Positions 27,548 through 42,454 of a stretch of 64,000 nt of DNA are shown here, in pieces. Within the stretch, counting starts at the first letter, position 1; the number at the start of each line of letters is the position of its first letter. The notes beneath the pieces are model-generated. The model did no database searches and was not told the DNA's origin. It worked only from the letters and a program-made list of their open reading frames with translations. Source of the stretch: Octopus vulgaris (Eukaryota); the NCBI GenBank assembly GCA_951406725.2, contig OX597817.1:81840001-81904000 (forward strand), written 5' to 3'. Made by a program: the position numbers and the translations under genes.

Positions 27548-28488
27548 AGACACAGACACAGACACACACACAGAGATAGACAGACAGACACACACATATA
27601 CACTCACACATATTCATGTTACTACAGCTAATTTGAAATGACACTTGAAAATAAAACCAAGCAACATAATGAAATAAATTATGCATTTTACCTTCACCAG
27701 ATGTAGTCATGTTTCTTACTGTCAAACCAGGCATTCATAGCAATATAAGGGTACCTGATGTCTTCATCATTGGCACTGCAAAGAGAATCACTTCAGAATT
27801 TTATTGTTTATATATCGTGGTGTAGTAACGTGACATAGAGGGAATGTCGCGACCTTATGAACACAAATGCATTCAGTTTGCTTTGTAAAAAGATTTATAA
27901 GATTGTGCAAATCATCATAAATTTATGAAAAAAATTAATTTAAACTCCATCACCGAAATGAATTGTTACAATAAGTCTGAAATTATTCGAAATTATGCGG
28001 AAAATTTTTCATCTGTGCGAAGCGAAATGCAGAGGGCTTAAAAAAAACCGAACTGGTTTAGAACAATTAAATGATGACACCTGTACAATTGAAAAGAAGA
28101 GACACTTGAAAATGAAATTCATAATATATTACATATTTTTCAGATACGTACCCGCTTCTGAAAATCAGAGGTTTACACAAATATATGAACATACACTGCA
28201 TTTATCAGCGGCGTTGCTCTGAGAGTCGCATGAAAAGTTTCATGCGTGTATCCAATGTGTCGTAGATTCCATGATTAATAGAAACATATAAAACATTAGT
28301 AAAATTCTGAGATGACTCTCAATGAAGTCTACTGAGGATATTATCAAACGTCCATATGTTTTTATGAACGACTGATTGACTGAAACACAATCGCGCTGAG
28401 AAGTTATAGGACAAATTATGTTGTATTACAGTATGTAGCTTGATTATATTTTAATACATACACACATACATACATACACACAAATTCG

Positions 28489-28565
28489 GTTCTATATTTA
28501 AGAGATGAGGAATGTGATATATCCTCCAGCCTCCATCAGGTGTCTTGAGGAAATTTTGAACCTGG
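28489..28565 (-). mobile_element. Deleted copy of the HHR tail of the 63415-63846 element
   Basis: Minus strand CCAGGTTCAAAATTTCCTCAAGACACCTGATGGAGGCTGGAGG..TTCCTCATCTCTTAAATATAG. Confidence 0.75.
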
Positions 28566-28689
28566 CATACACTGCATTGAAAGGTGTGCACAGGCATATA
28601 CATGCATGCATGCATACATACATACATACATACATACATGCATACATACATACATACATACATACATACATACATACATACATACATAC

Positions 28690-28798
28690 GAAAAATACCC
28701 TGTTGATGTTGAAATTCCAATGAAGGAGCCTTGGATCTAGGTTAGAAACTGGCTCCTCCTCTATTGGCAAGAAATCTTGAAATAAAACTGAATAATGG
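28690..28798 (+). mobile_element. ~110-bp (TACA)n-associated repeat with HHR-like variant (copies at 30784-30873, 31062-31141 and 41852-41943)
   Basis: CCAATGA-aggagccttggatctaggtta-GAAA-c(c/t)ggc-TC; four copies, each next to TACA-rich tracts. Confidence 0.6.
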
Positions 28799-28894
28799 CA
28801 TCATACATATATAGTACATACATAGAAACATACACACATACATAAATACATCCATACACTCATATATATATATATATATATTTACATAGTAGAC

Positions 28895-29290
28895 ATAAAA
28901 ATATGTCAATTTTACCTATTTTACCCAGAATGAAATAAATGAACAGTCTTGGTAGATTTTCGACCCTTATTGGGGTCTCATCAGAAGTATTTACATGACT
29001 TGACCAATTCTAGAGAAGCATAGAGCCATTCTGTTTAAGTACAGGTCAGAATAATTAGTTTCTGAAAACAGGAGCTACGAATTTGCGTACTATTAGTGTT
29101 CACACTAGTAGCCTGACAACGAGCAGCCTGGTCCACACAGTCCCAAATCATAACATAAGTAAATCTACACAGAAGACAAGAAGACGTACAAACACGTCAA
29201 TTTTAACTATTTCTCTATAGAATGGAAAAAATTGATGAACGACGATAATCGAATTTCGATCCTTATTGAGGTTTCATCACAGGTGTCTAC
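28895..29290 (-). mobile_element. Tandem direct repeat (period ~296 bp) with an HHR motif in each unit; PLE pseudo-LTR/retrozyme-like
   Basis: Minus strand CTGATGA-gaccccaataagggtc-GAAA (28957-28984) and GTGATGA-aacctcaataaggatc-GAAA (29254-29280), with similar flanks. Confidence 0.6.
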
Positions 29291-30657
29291 TTATTTAGGC
29301 AGTGTGCTATATATCCCAGGACCCAAATAAATACAGCTATAAACCTGAACATGTAATCTGGATAGGATAGAGTAACTGCAGATTTCTCAATAGTTCAGCA
29401 TAAGTGTTCCCTTCTTTTGCACTGATCTTCAGCTTCATGTTAACATCTGCTGGGCAACTAATTTCCACATCTGTACACAATTTCCTCTTCTCTATCCCAA
29501 ATCATTATATCAGGTCTGTTGTGCTTACTTTTTATTGAGGTCTTCACTGGTGCATTCCACCAGTATTCCTTTATATTATGAGTGGCTATGGATTGTACCA
29601 TTCTGTGAGCTTTGTTTCGTTGTCCCCGGAATTATCCTTCCGACAGATTTCATTATAGAGTGTCCTAGCTACAGCGTCATGTTTCATCGATAGATATTAC
29701 CATGAAGATATTTTCGGACACCTACTTATGATGTAGATTATATCTTCAGTGTGAACTCCACAAAGTCTGCATCGCTTGTCACAGTTTACGCCTATTTCCG
29801 CATCAGGTATTTTGTGCATCAGGTATTTGGTTGATATTTCTTGTTCCTGGATTGGAAATGCATACCCTTCAAAGTGGAAGATAGTAATCCGGCTATCCGT
29901 CCATGATAAACTGCTTTGATGATCGATGTTACTATCATAACGGAGCTTTCTATTAACATATCCATGCATAGCCTTCTGCTCATATAGGTTCATCCTTTCC
30001 TCTGATGATATTTCACGGTAGAATCGTGCGACATCTTTGGGCATGTATTCTAGGTTATCAGAGTGTTGCTCAAGGAACTGTCTTCCAAGTCCTATAAAGT
30101 TGTCAGCCTCATATATGCAAACTTGGTCAAAAGATGCACTTCGACGCTTGGTGGTTAAAAGATATTGCCGAAGGGATATGATGCGACATTCAAAGGCATT
30201 TTGGATCTATGTTAAGCCTCTACCACCTTGCTTACGTTTAAGGGAGAGGCGGTCTACGTCTTGTTTATGTGGAAATTATGTGTGCTTGGTAGTATTTTTC
30301 GAGTTTCCACATCAATGGCTCAAATCTCATCAAGAGTCCAATCAAGCAGCCCAAATGTTGGTATGAGTACTGGCACTGCAAACATATTGTGAACCAGTTT
30401 TATTGAATGCAGAGAGTTCTGAGGTCTAAATTTTCTTTAATCTTTAGTGACACGTGTTTTGTTACAGGTGCCATTGTAAGATATATTTTCACCTACCCCT
30501 AGATACCTGTAACATTCCTTGTCAGATACAAGAAAAACAGTCAATTCATTGATGGAAATGTTACTAGTCTGGTTTATAATTTTCCCCCTTTTACAATCAT
30601 ATAACATTTACCCTGATCAAAATCTAAATCTACATCCTCTGAGAATGTTGTAACTAG
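29290..30657 (-). pseudogene. R4/Dong-like LINE fragment (RT C-terminus to RLE endonuclease)
   Basis: LVTTFSEDVDLDFDQGKCYMIVK, YRYLG, EGYAFPIQEQE, CRLCGVHTEDI and RPDIMIWDREE; disrupted. Confidence 0.85.
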
Positions 30658-31257
30658 TGGAGTATGCATGTTTGTATGTATGTATGTATGTATGTATGTA
30701 TGTATGTATGTATGTATGTATGTATGTATGTATGTATGTATGTATGTATGTATGTATGTATGTATGTATATATGTATGTATATCATTATTCAATTTATTT
30801 CAAGATTTCTTGCTAATAGAGAAAGAGCTGATTTCTAACATAGATTCAAAGCTCCTTCATTGGAATTTCAACATGTATGCATGCATGCACGCATTTATGT
30901 ATGTATGTATGTATGTATGTATGTATGTATGTATGTATGTATGTATGTATGTATGTATGTATGTATGGATGGATGTATGTATGTATGTATGTATGTATGT
31001 ATGTATGTATGTATGTATGTATGTATGTATGGATGGATGGATGTATGTCTTTATTTACTTTTATTTCAAGATTTCTTGCCAATAGAAAAAGAGCCGGTTT
31101 CTAACCTAGATCCAAGGCTCCTCAATTGGAATTTCAACATGTAAGTATGTTTCTATGTATTTATGTATGTCTGTATATGTGCAGAATTTTATGGTTTGTT
31201 TTCTGTATGTCTTCTCATGCATATACTTGCATATCTATACATACTCACATATACATA

Positions 31258-31847
31258 AATAATAAACTTCTGGAAAGTTGCACAGATTTTACAGCTCCTG
31301 TGTTGGCTTGGATCTGTAGTCTTCGAATCAGCTTTCTTCATTCTGGTTTTGAGAAGCCTAATTTTTCAAGATTGGCAGTTAGGCAGTGTGTTACATATAC
31401 TAGTGCCCCAATAATTGCAGCTATATACCTGAACTTCTAATCTGGATATAGTAACTGCAAACTTCTCAATGGTTCAGCATATGTATTCTCCTTCTCACTG
31501 ATCTTCAGCTTCATGTTAACATCCGCTGGGCAGCTAATTTCCTCAACTGCACACAGTTTCTCTTCTCTATCCCAAATCAATATATCAAGTCTATATTGTT
31601 CACAGTTAATTGGGGTTTTCACTAAGACATTCCACTAGGACTTCTTTTTATTATGAGTGGCTATAGCATCCACCAAAGTGTGGATTCTATATCTTTGTCC
31701 TCGGGGTTATCCTTTCGAAGGATCTCGTTATACAGTGTCCTAGCTACAACATCCTGTCTCATCGGTAGATAATTATGTGATGATAATTATGTGATGAGAC
31801 ATGCTTATGATGTGGATGATATCTTCGGTGTTATCTCCACAAACTGT
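31258..31847 (-). pseudogene. R4/Dong-like LINE 3' fragment
   Basis: RLDILIWDREEKLCAVEEISCPADVN..KENTYAE; homologous to 25281-26103. Confidence 0.85.
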
Positions 31848-31993
31848 ATGTATGCATATATATATATATGCACACACACACACATATTTATATATATATA
31901 CAGATAGATATAATTTATATGCATATATATATTTATGATATATGTACATGTATATATACATATATATGCAGATATATATGTATATATATATGA

Positions 31994-32101
<108 letters not shown>

Positions 32102-32388
32102 ACATAGTAGAATAATAAAGAGATAATTCTTGATATATATATGTTTGAAAGAATGAGTAGAGCTGGCTGTTTTTAGGGATTTTTTTTTATTTTAATCGTA
32201 ATAATAATGTTTAGAATGAGTTACCCTCATATGTGTTTCAAGCTTCATGGAGCCATTTTCAAACTGAAAAATGTGTTTCACTGGCTGTTTAAATGGCAAA
32301 AGATTTTTTGTTACAAGTATACATACAAAAAAAAAAAAAAAAATGAAAATATAAAAATATATAAAAAATAAAATAAAAAATATAAAAT

Positions 32389-32433
<45 letters not shown>

Positions 32434-32449
32434 AATATAAAAGCATGCA

Positions 32450-32577
32450 TGAAGAAGAAGAAGAAGAAGAAGAAGAAGAAGAAGAAGAAGAAGAAGAAGA
32501 AGAAGAAGAAGAAGAAGAAGAAGAAGAAGAAGAAGAAGAAGAAGAAGAAGAAGAAGAAGAAGAAGAAGGAGAAGAAG
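32450..32577. repeat. (AAG)n microsatellite
   Basis: Directly visible. Confidence 0.95.
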
Positions 32578-33347
32578 CACCACCTTAACAAGAGGAAGGA
32601 AGAAAGAAGAGAAAGGAGAAGAGAAAAAGTAAATGAAATCAAAACAAAAAATAAATATATAGATAAAAATAAAATAAAGAAAAATAAGATTGATAATAAC
32701 TGAGATCAGTGAGGGAAGATTTAAGTCTATCCAGAATAATCAAATAGAAAATTTGGGAATGGTCAGTATTGTTGTGTTCTTGTCAAAAGTTGATATGTGT
32801 GTGGCGAGGTCACCTATTCAGTTTTCACAGGTGGGATGGTGTACACGAACACACCCACACACACACACACACGCACGCACACACACACACACACACACAC
32901 ACGCACATACACGCATATATGCATATATATACGCATGCATATATATACGCATATATGCATATATATATACGCATATATGCATATATACACATACACACAT
33001 ATATATATACACACATACCAATAAACTTATATGTCTCTTGACCTTTATACCTTAACATGTACACACACATATATGTATACATACATGTACAAATACATAC
33101 AGGCATTCACACACACACACATGTACACATAAATAAACACATACATACATACATAAATGCACATATATATACAAACATATGTATATATATATGCACACAT
33201 ATATACATACTCCTGTACCTATGTACAGACCCATATATATATATATATACACACACACACGCAAAGATACTTACACATACACACACATATATATGCATAC
33301 TTATACATGCATATATATACATACATACACATAAATACATACACACA

Positions 33348-33398
<51 letters not shown>

Positions 33399-34214
33399 TT
33401 ATATATACACATGCATACATGCACTTACACATGCGTACACATATACATACACAAACTTACACACATACATATACATGTACACACATGTATGCATACATAC
33501 ACACATATATACATATAAAACAGGGGAACTGATGGAGGGAATGTTCTTTATGTTGCCTGTCTCGTTTCTCATTATGTTGACGTTTTTTTGATGTCCTGTA
33601 CTCGTATAGGCATGTATATATATACATATAAATGTAGGTATGTACAGATATGTATGTATATATGCATATATTAATATATTATTTATATTATTATATACAT
33701 GTATATGTATATGTAATTACATAATATATTTATATATGTACATACATACACACGCACACGCATATGTGCATATGTATGTATACATGACATTTGCATACAT
33801 GAGGAATATACATATACATATGTACATACATACACATATGTAATTGCATAACTGCTGATGCTTTATAGACAAAGAAAAGGAAAACACTCTTCCAAGAATT
33901 TTGTCTAGACTAATTACTTTCCATCTGCAATGAAAAGATTATCTTCACCAAATGTTTAATATAGGAATCACAGATTATATAATGCTGACGATTTCTAAAA
34001 AGACTGAAATCATACTATACACGATTATCACTGATTAAAATCTTCAAGCGCTGCTTTATAAGTAAAGAAAATAAAATATTAGTGAATTCTACACATATTT
34101 GTTTTTTTTTATAATTCCTTATTTTCAATTTCAAGTTTCTAATATTCCTAAATATCATGAAAACACGATGTTTTTCGTGAAATAACTGAATCGACTAAAT
34201 GAAGACACATACAG

Positions 34215-34587
34215 AAACTGGTTACGACGATGAGGGTTCCCTTTGATCCGAATCAACGGAACAGCCTGCTCGTGAAATTAACGTGTAAGTGGCTGAGCAC
34301 TCCACAGACACGTGTACCCTTAACGTAGTTCTCGGGGATATTCAGCGTGACACAGAGAGTGACAAGGCCGGCCCTTTGAAATATAGGTACAACAGAAACA
34401 GGAAGTAAGAGTGAGAGAAAGTTGTGGTGAAAGAGTACAGCAGGGATCACCACCATCCCTGCCGGAGCCTCGTGGAGCTTTAGGTGTTTTCGCTCAATAA
34501 ACACTCACAACGCCCGGTCTGGGAATCGAAACCGCGATCCTATGACCGCGAGTCCGCTGCCCTAACCACTGGGCCATTGCGCCTCCA
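34215..34587 (-). mobile_element. tRNA(Arg)-derived SINE (head B1 plus tail T2)
   Basis: Head nearly identical to 15268-15430, but tail matches the 10455 and 39990 elements. Confidence 0.85.
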
Positions 34588-34897
34588 AACATACAGAAAC
34601 ACACATGTACACACGCACGCACACACACATAGAGACACATACACAGACACACAGAACACAAGCACACACGCACATACACGTATATGTAAATATATGCATA
34701 TACTTGCATATATGTGTGTGTATTTCTTTATATTTGAAAAGATAAATAGAAATGGCTTTTCTGATAATTTTCCCCTTTTAGTAATAAGACGTTTATAAAT
34801 AAAGATCTAATTATTAAAGTGGAAAAATGATCAGAAAAACCATTTCTATTCATTTTTTCAAATATATTATACTGTGTCAAGGATTTTCTAAATTTCC

Positions 34898-34991
<94 letters not shown>

Positions 34992-35001
34992 TATACAAAC
35001 A

Positions 35002-35217
35002 CGAGGGTGTGCTAAAAAATTTCTTGGCTTTGGGTAAAAAAAATACAAGAGGATTAGTTAATTTTGATTTTATTCAGTATATTCCCTTCACAGATTCCAG
35101 CACTTATTACAACAGCCCTTCGTTCTTCTAATATCTCTAAAAGAACTCGGAATGTCGGGCCTCCAACCAGGCCTTTCGCGATACCATTAAAACCAGGAAG
35201 TTTTCAGCACTTTCTCG
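35002..35217. mobile_element. Mariner-type MITE
   Basis: Imperfect TIRs CGAGGGTGTGCTAAAAAATTTCTTGGCTTT and AAAACCAGGAAGTTTTCAGCACTTTCTCG. Confidence 0.65.
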
Positions 35218-35252
35218 AGTGTGTGTGTGTATATATATACATATAATATATA

Positions 35253-35301
<49 letters not shown>

Positions 35302-35304
35302 TTA

Positions 35305-35390
<86 letters not shown>

Positions 35391-35880
35391 ACTATCTATA
35401 TATATACATACATATGCATATGGATGTATGTGTATATATACATATGCATGTATAAGCACGTTTCTGTGTGTTCGTTTATTTGTATCTGCAGATTGATAGC
35501 AACACCTGCCACAGGTGTTTCTCTTGTTTATAGTCACTGAATATAATGAGGTTCTCTAGACTAGTGACTATATTCTGTATCCTGTTTCGGAGCCTCATCG
35601 TGGGTGAATGAGGTCACCATTTACTACAAGTATTTTCAATTATTATGTCTCGTTATAACGGCATAGAATCCCATAGCAAGGAGCGTTCTCGAATTTAAAT
35701 GTTTGACTTAGTCCGTCACCCTGTTTAATGCCCCCAGCTAGCTTTTGGGTTCATTGTATAGAATGCACCTTGTGCAACCATTCAATTGGTACATTCGGAC
35801 AGGATACCTTTGTTCTTGCTCCATATTTGCTTAAGGTACCATAAAAAGGAGTATGATGTTTGCTCCTTTGCTCAAAATCA

Positions 35881-35974
<94 letters not shown>

Positions 35975-36161
35975 ATATTTATCTACGCTTGTAAGTAGCT
36001 AGATATATTGCAGGCCTGCTTGTATGGCAAATAGTTTCCAACCACTTGATTCACGGCTCTGTCCCACTGCGTGACACCCTCGTCGTATGTCCATACTATA
36101 GTCCCGGTCGACAAAAGCTTTGATAGTGGATTTATTAGGCGGAAACAGGAAGAAGTACGTC

Positions 36162-36212
<51 letters not shown>

Positions 36213-36215
<3 letters not shown>

Positions 36216-36400
36216 TTAGTCACTACACACATTTATTTTCTCTCTTGTTTCTCTCCTTGTTTTTTCTGTGTCCCCTTCTGAAGAAGAGCGTAGGCTCGAA
36301 ACGTAAAAGACTTTTTCTATTCCTGAGCGTTATACTAATACATCTGTTTGTTTTGTATACCACCTGTCTTCGTCTTTATTTTTTCGTAAAATCTCCCTAT
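36213..36400 (+). mobile_element. PLE-type terminal remnant with canonical minimal HHR (36275-36309)
   Basis: ctt-CTGAAGA-agagcgtaggctc-GAAA-cg-TA-aaag; between (TA)n tracts. Confidence 0.75.
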
Positions 36401-36414
36401 GTATATGTACATAT

Positions 36415-36479
<65 letters not shown>

Positions 36480-36535
36480 GGTGCCCCAGCATGGCCACAG
36501 CTCGTGAGCTGAAACTAGAATCAATCAATCAATCA

Positions 36536-36568
<33 letters not shown>

Positions 36569-36571
<3 letters not shown>

Positions 36572-37195
36572 GAAGGTTGAAAAGGGACACACGAGTTGAT
36601 ATATATGGAAAAAAGTCAAGCTAGAAAATGCTAAAATAATTTTATAAAAACATTTCAGTACCAGTTTCAGTCACTGAGACTTTTTCAACTGTAAGTATGG
36701 AAAACAATTAAATTTCGGAAAAATTAAAAGAAAAGTTTTTGAAAGAATATTTGCATAGTATTCAAATACAAGGGGCATTTTCCTTGTTTCTGCCTGTCTC
36801 TGTCTCTGTCTCTCTTCTTTACTCTTGTGGCTTCGAGGTCATTGTGAATTCTTGTCAGGGAAGAAGGAGAAGAAAAAGGAGGAGGAGGAGGAGGAGGAGA
36901 AGAAGAAGAAAAAAAAGGAGGAGGAGAAGAAGAATGCGGGAGTGCCATGATAGTAGTAGGATATTAAATGGTCAAGTACCCTGAAAGTGACTTGTGGTTG
37001 GTAGTAGTGATTGAATTCTTGACATTTCTTTTTTGAATGTATTGTTTATAAAATTTGCGTAGGTGTTATTCTAAACAGCAATAGTGGTAAAGTTAGGAAG
37101 GAGGTGGCGGAGAGGAAGAAGACGAAGAAAAAGGAGAAAGAGAAGGGAGAGTAAGAAGGGAATGCAGCTGGTATGATAGCAGTATATACATAAAT
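36569..37195 (-). mobile_element. PLE-type remnant with HHR variant (36656-36691)
   Basis: Minus strand cag-TTGAAAA-agtctcagtgact-GAAA-ctgg-TA-ctg with intact stems I-III. The extent upstream is uncertain. Confidence 0.55.
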
Positions 37196-37312
37196 ATTAT
37201 ATGGCGGTGCCCCAGCATGGCCACAGCTCATTAGCTGAAACTGGAAAATCAAAAAATCAAATATACATATATATATATTATATATACATACATATATATA
37301 TATATATGAATA

Positions 37313-37933
<621 letters not shown>

Positions 37934-38025
37934 CAGTTGTTAAAAAATATTACCTTTGTATGGTATTTATTCCCATGCTGGCCACTTGATAATATCGAAA
38001 TTTAAATATCGATATTATCCTTATT

Positions 38026-38098
<73 letters not shown>

Positions 38099-38198
38099 TT
38101 CGTTTGTCTACTTGGTTTGCAAGATTTTTTGGTGTGAAATCGTGACTGTCCTAACGCATAACAGTATATATACACGCACAATATGTGAGTGTGTATTC

Positions 38199-38266
<68 letters not shown>

Positions 38267-38269
38267 CTT

Positions 38270-38475
38270 TGTGCCTGTTTGCCCGTAACCACTGTTTGAT
38301 AACCAGTGTTGGCCTGTTTACGTCTGCATAACTTACCGGTTTGGCAATAGAAACCGATAGTAACAGTCTTTTAAAAATATAAGTACCGAAGTCGATTCTT
38401 TCGACGATAAACTCTTGAAAACGGTACCCAGCATGGCCGCAGGCTAATGATAAAATATGAAGATAAGATAAAAGA
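38270..38475 (+). mobile_element. SINE family A 3' half
   Basis: Colinear with 790-991; (AAGAT)n tail. Confidence 0.75.
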
Positions 38476-38477
38476 TG

Positions 38478-38660
38478 AAGGTCCATTCAGTCGTCTTCTC
38501 CGCCCATTATTCCTGGGTGGTCTGTGGCGGTAGACACCCCTGGCTCCTCCTCCATAGGCTCCTTTCAAAAGCAACCCTCATTATGCTTTCCGGCTGGATT
38601 CCAAAGCGTGACCATCTGAGAATATGGATATTATCAAACCGTCTCATTTTTGGCTAACCC
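38478..38660 (-). mobile_element. Possible RTE-like LINE ORF end
   Basis: Minus translation ..VAFERSLWRR.. resembles the A-x-DR-xx-WR C-terminal motif. Confidence 0.35.
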
Positions 38661-38698
38661 TTAAGTGCCCTGCTGGTTTGCTCGCTTTGTGACTTTTT

Positions 38699-38745
<47 letters not shown>

Positions 38746-38851
38746 TTGTGAGTGTGTGCGTGTGTGTGTGTGTATGCATGCATTCGTACATAGACACACA
38801 CACACACGCACTGACACATATATACATTTATACCTCTATCTCTCCATCTAT

Positions 38852-38885
<34 letters not shown>

Positions 38886-38944
38886 TGTGGGTGTAAGAAA
38901 AGATGATGTGAAAGGAATAAACGATTATTTTCTGAACTTCATTA

Positions 38945-39026
38945 GCTTAGAGCTGTTTCTGCTATAAGATGTAGTGAACTCATTGTTGAGTGCTTGAATA
39001 ACATCTTATAGCTTCGTCAGTATCTC
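38945..39026 (-). ncRNA. HHR motif with long stem II
   Basis: CTGACGA-a-gctataagatgt..acatcttatagc-a-GAAA-cagctc-TA; 12-bp perfect stem II; stem I is weak. Confidence 0.6.
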
Positions 39027-39042
39027 GAATATGGAGTGCAAT

Positions 39043-39085
<43 letters not shown>

Positions 39086-39380
39086 TCAAGCTTCTGTGTA
39101 TCTAGCACATACTTCGCCTTTTAGTGTACTTATATATGAATAATATATGGCCTGTGCTAGAAACACCAGCGATAATAATTAATTTTATTTTATCGCATTT
39201 GACTTTGTTTATATATATATATATATATAATTAAAATAATAAGGGTGGAAAATTGAAATTAAACGTTCAATTGAAACGTTCTGGCGTTTGCTAAATTTTC
39301 TTGAGAACATTCTTTTCTTAGTGGTAAGACCCATAGCGGTCTTCTAGCATACTAGATATCCACTTACAGTTCATCCCTCT

Positions 39381-39472
<92 letters not shown>

Positions 39473-39989
39473 CACACATATATATATATATGTATGTATA
39501 CACATATGTATATATGTGAGTGTGTGTGTGTGTATATATAAAAATATATATAAAAATATGTTTTTGGTGAATAATATAGATTTTTAATAAACTGTAACAT
39601 TTCGTCGCATTAATATGTCTAGAGATATGTGAAAGAAGGCATGAAATTTAACATATAACTATCATTGTAATCTTAAAGCTTCCTTCTGCTTTCAGTGCAT
39701 AAATATTAATGGAAATCGAGATGTCTGCCAATTAGTTCTGAATGATGAATATAGTAAAATATAGAACAGAAAGCTAAACTGTAAAACAACTTCAATGAAG
39801 GCTTTGGTTACACCAAACTGTGGATAAACAAGACCTTGGTTACAATACTCAAAGCTGAAAGAGCTGAAAACGGTCGGGGTTAGAGGACATTGTAGCAGTG
39901 CAGATAAAATATTTTGTGCGTGAGCCCAAAGAATCCTGAGCCCCTACAGTTGTATAATCATTGTTTGGTACCGTAACTAACTGACACCC

Positions 39990-40277
39990 CGACGGTAACG
40001 ACGACGCCTGTTCCACATGAAATTAACGTGCAAGTGGCTGAGCACTCCACAGATACGGGTACCATTAACGTAATTCTCAGGGAGATTCAGCGTGATGTAA
40101 CAAGGATGTAACAAGGCTGGCCCTTTGAAATACAAGTACAACTTATTTTTGCCAACTGACTGGACTAGAGTAGTGTGAAATAAAGTGTCTTGCTCAAGGA
40201 CACAATGTGCCGCCAGAAATCGATCTCACGACTTTACGATCGGGAGTCGAATACCCTAATCACTAAGCTACCTGCCT
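39990..40277 (-). mobile_element. tRNA-derived SINE (head B2 plus tail T2)
   Basis: Homologous to 10455-10727. Confidence 0.8.
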
Positions 40278-40345
40278 TAGCGCTTGATACTATAGGAAAT
40301 ACCTGAGATGTGGAAAAAAGGTTTATGTGATAGTATGGTTAAAAC

Positions 40346-40398
<53 letters not shown>

Positions 40399-40440
40399 TA
40401 ATGAGAGAGACAGGAGGAGAGAGAGATACCGAGAGAGAGC

Positions 40441-40480
<40 letters not shown>

Positions 40481-40805
40481 GAGATCCATCAATTCTCAAA
40501 AGTCATCTTATTTCTCGCTTATATGTTGAATTATTTAATCAACAAAAGAGGCCATATGAGGACGGACACATCATCCTTGAATAAATAGAATATTTTGTAT
40601 GGGTAAATCAACAAGTTAGGTATGTGACATTGCACAACAGGATGGTTATCGCAAAGGGACGGTTACTAGGATGGTTATTATGTAGAGATGGTAGCTAGCG
40701 ACGTCTTTGTCGACTGGGTCGAAAGCATTGAACACAATCAACGCCTGATCAGTGGTGGCTCTGAATATTACAGAGGTCATACTAGAAAAGCCAACAATAG
40801 CTATT

Positions 40806-41191
40806 GGCGCAGGAGTGGCTGTGTGGTAAGTAGCTTGCTTACCAACCACATGGTTCTGGGTTCAGTCCCACTGCATGGCACATTGGGCAAGTGTCTTCTA
40901 TAGCCTCGGACCAACCAAAGCCTTGTGAGTGGATTTGGTAGACAGAAACTGAAAGAAGCTCGTCATATGTATGTATATATGTGTGTGTGTTTGTGCGTCT
41001 GTGTTTGTCCCCCCAACATGGCATGATAACCGATACTGGTGTGTTTACGTTCCCGTAACTTAGCGGTTCGGCATAAGACACCGATAGAATAAGTACTAGG
41101 CTAACAAAAAATATGTCCTGGGTTCGATTTGCTCGACTAAAGGTGATGCTCCAGCATGGCCACAGTGAAATGATTGAAAAAAGTAAAAGAG
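40806..41191 (+). mobile_element. SINE family A, full length
   Basis: Colinear with 584-991. Confidence 0.9.
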
Positions 41192-41210
41192 TGACAGCAA
41201 CAACAGCGGG

Positions 41211-41249
<39 letters not shown>

Positions 41250-41410
41250 AGCAATGGCAGCAGCAGAAACAGCAGCAACAACGATGACAACAATAACAAC
41301 AACAGCAGCAACAACAACAGCGGCAATAGTAGCAGCTACAGCAATGAGCCTCTACGATCAGATAACAGAATGGAACGTTGTTGTGAGCTTTGGGCTTACA
41401 GACACACATA

Positions 41411-41469
<59 letters not shown>

Positions 41470-42120
41470 CAGACACACACACTCTCTCTCTATATATTTA
41501 TATATATACATATTTATATATGCATATACAAACATGTATATACATATATACACATACGCATATATACATATACATTCACATATATACACATATGCATACA
41601 TATACATACATATATACACATAATTATGCGTGTATGTATATGTACACATGCATATATATAGATTTTACATATATACCTAAGCACAAAAACACACACTTTC
41701 ATATACATCTATACGTATATGCAGATATACAGTTCCACATAAGCACTTGCACACATACATATGCACATATACAGACGTGCATATATACAGGTACACACAC
41801 AAGCGCGCGCGCTCGCAGGCATGTGCGCGCATCTATAGTCACACACATGACAACCCTGTTTGACGTTGTCTGGATTCCAATGAAAGATCCTTGTTGCTAG
41901 GTTGGAAACTTTTTCTGTCGGTAAGAAATTTTAAAAATAAAGCCAAAGAACATATGTATAACTGCATACATACATACAATCTTACATGCACATACATTCA
42001 CACTCATACGTACATAAATACATACATAAACGTATTTATTTATACATACATACACAGGTATACATATATATGTATAAATACATATGTGTGCGTGTGTATA
42101 TATATATGTATAAATACATA

Positions 42121-42212
<92 letters not shown>

Positions 42213-42336
42213 TGTATATGTGTGTGTATGTATATATATTATTTGCCCACATTAGGTTGGAAAATAATCGTTACTTTATATATATATGCATATATACATA
42301 TATGAGTACATATAGGCACATGCATACACACCTACA

Positions 42337-42388
<52 letters not shown>

Positions 42389-42454
42389 GATATATGCATA
42401 CATGAAGAATACAACTACACACACACACACACACATATATGTATATATTTATGT

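Noticed and set aside
32311-32703. Poly-K/L/F ORFs
   Set aside because: Translation of the (AAG)n microsatellite.
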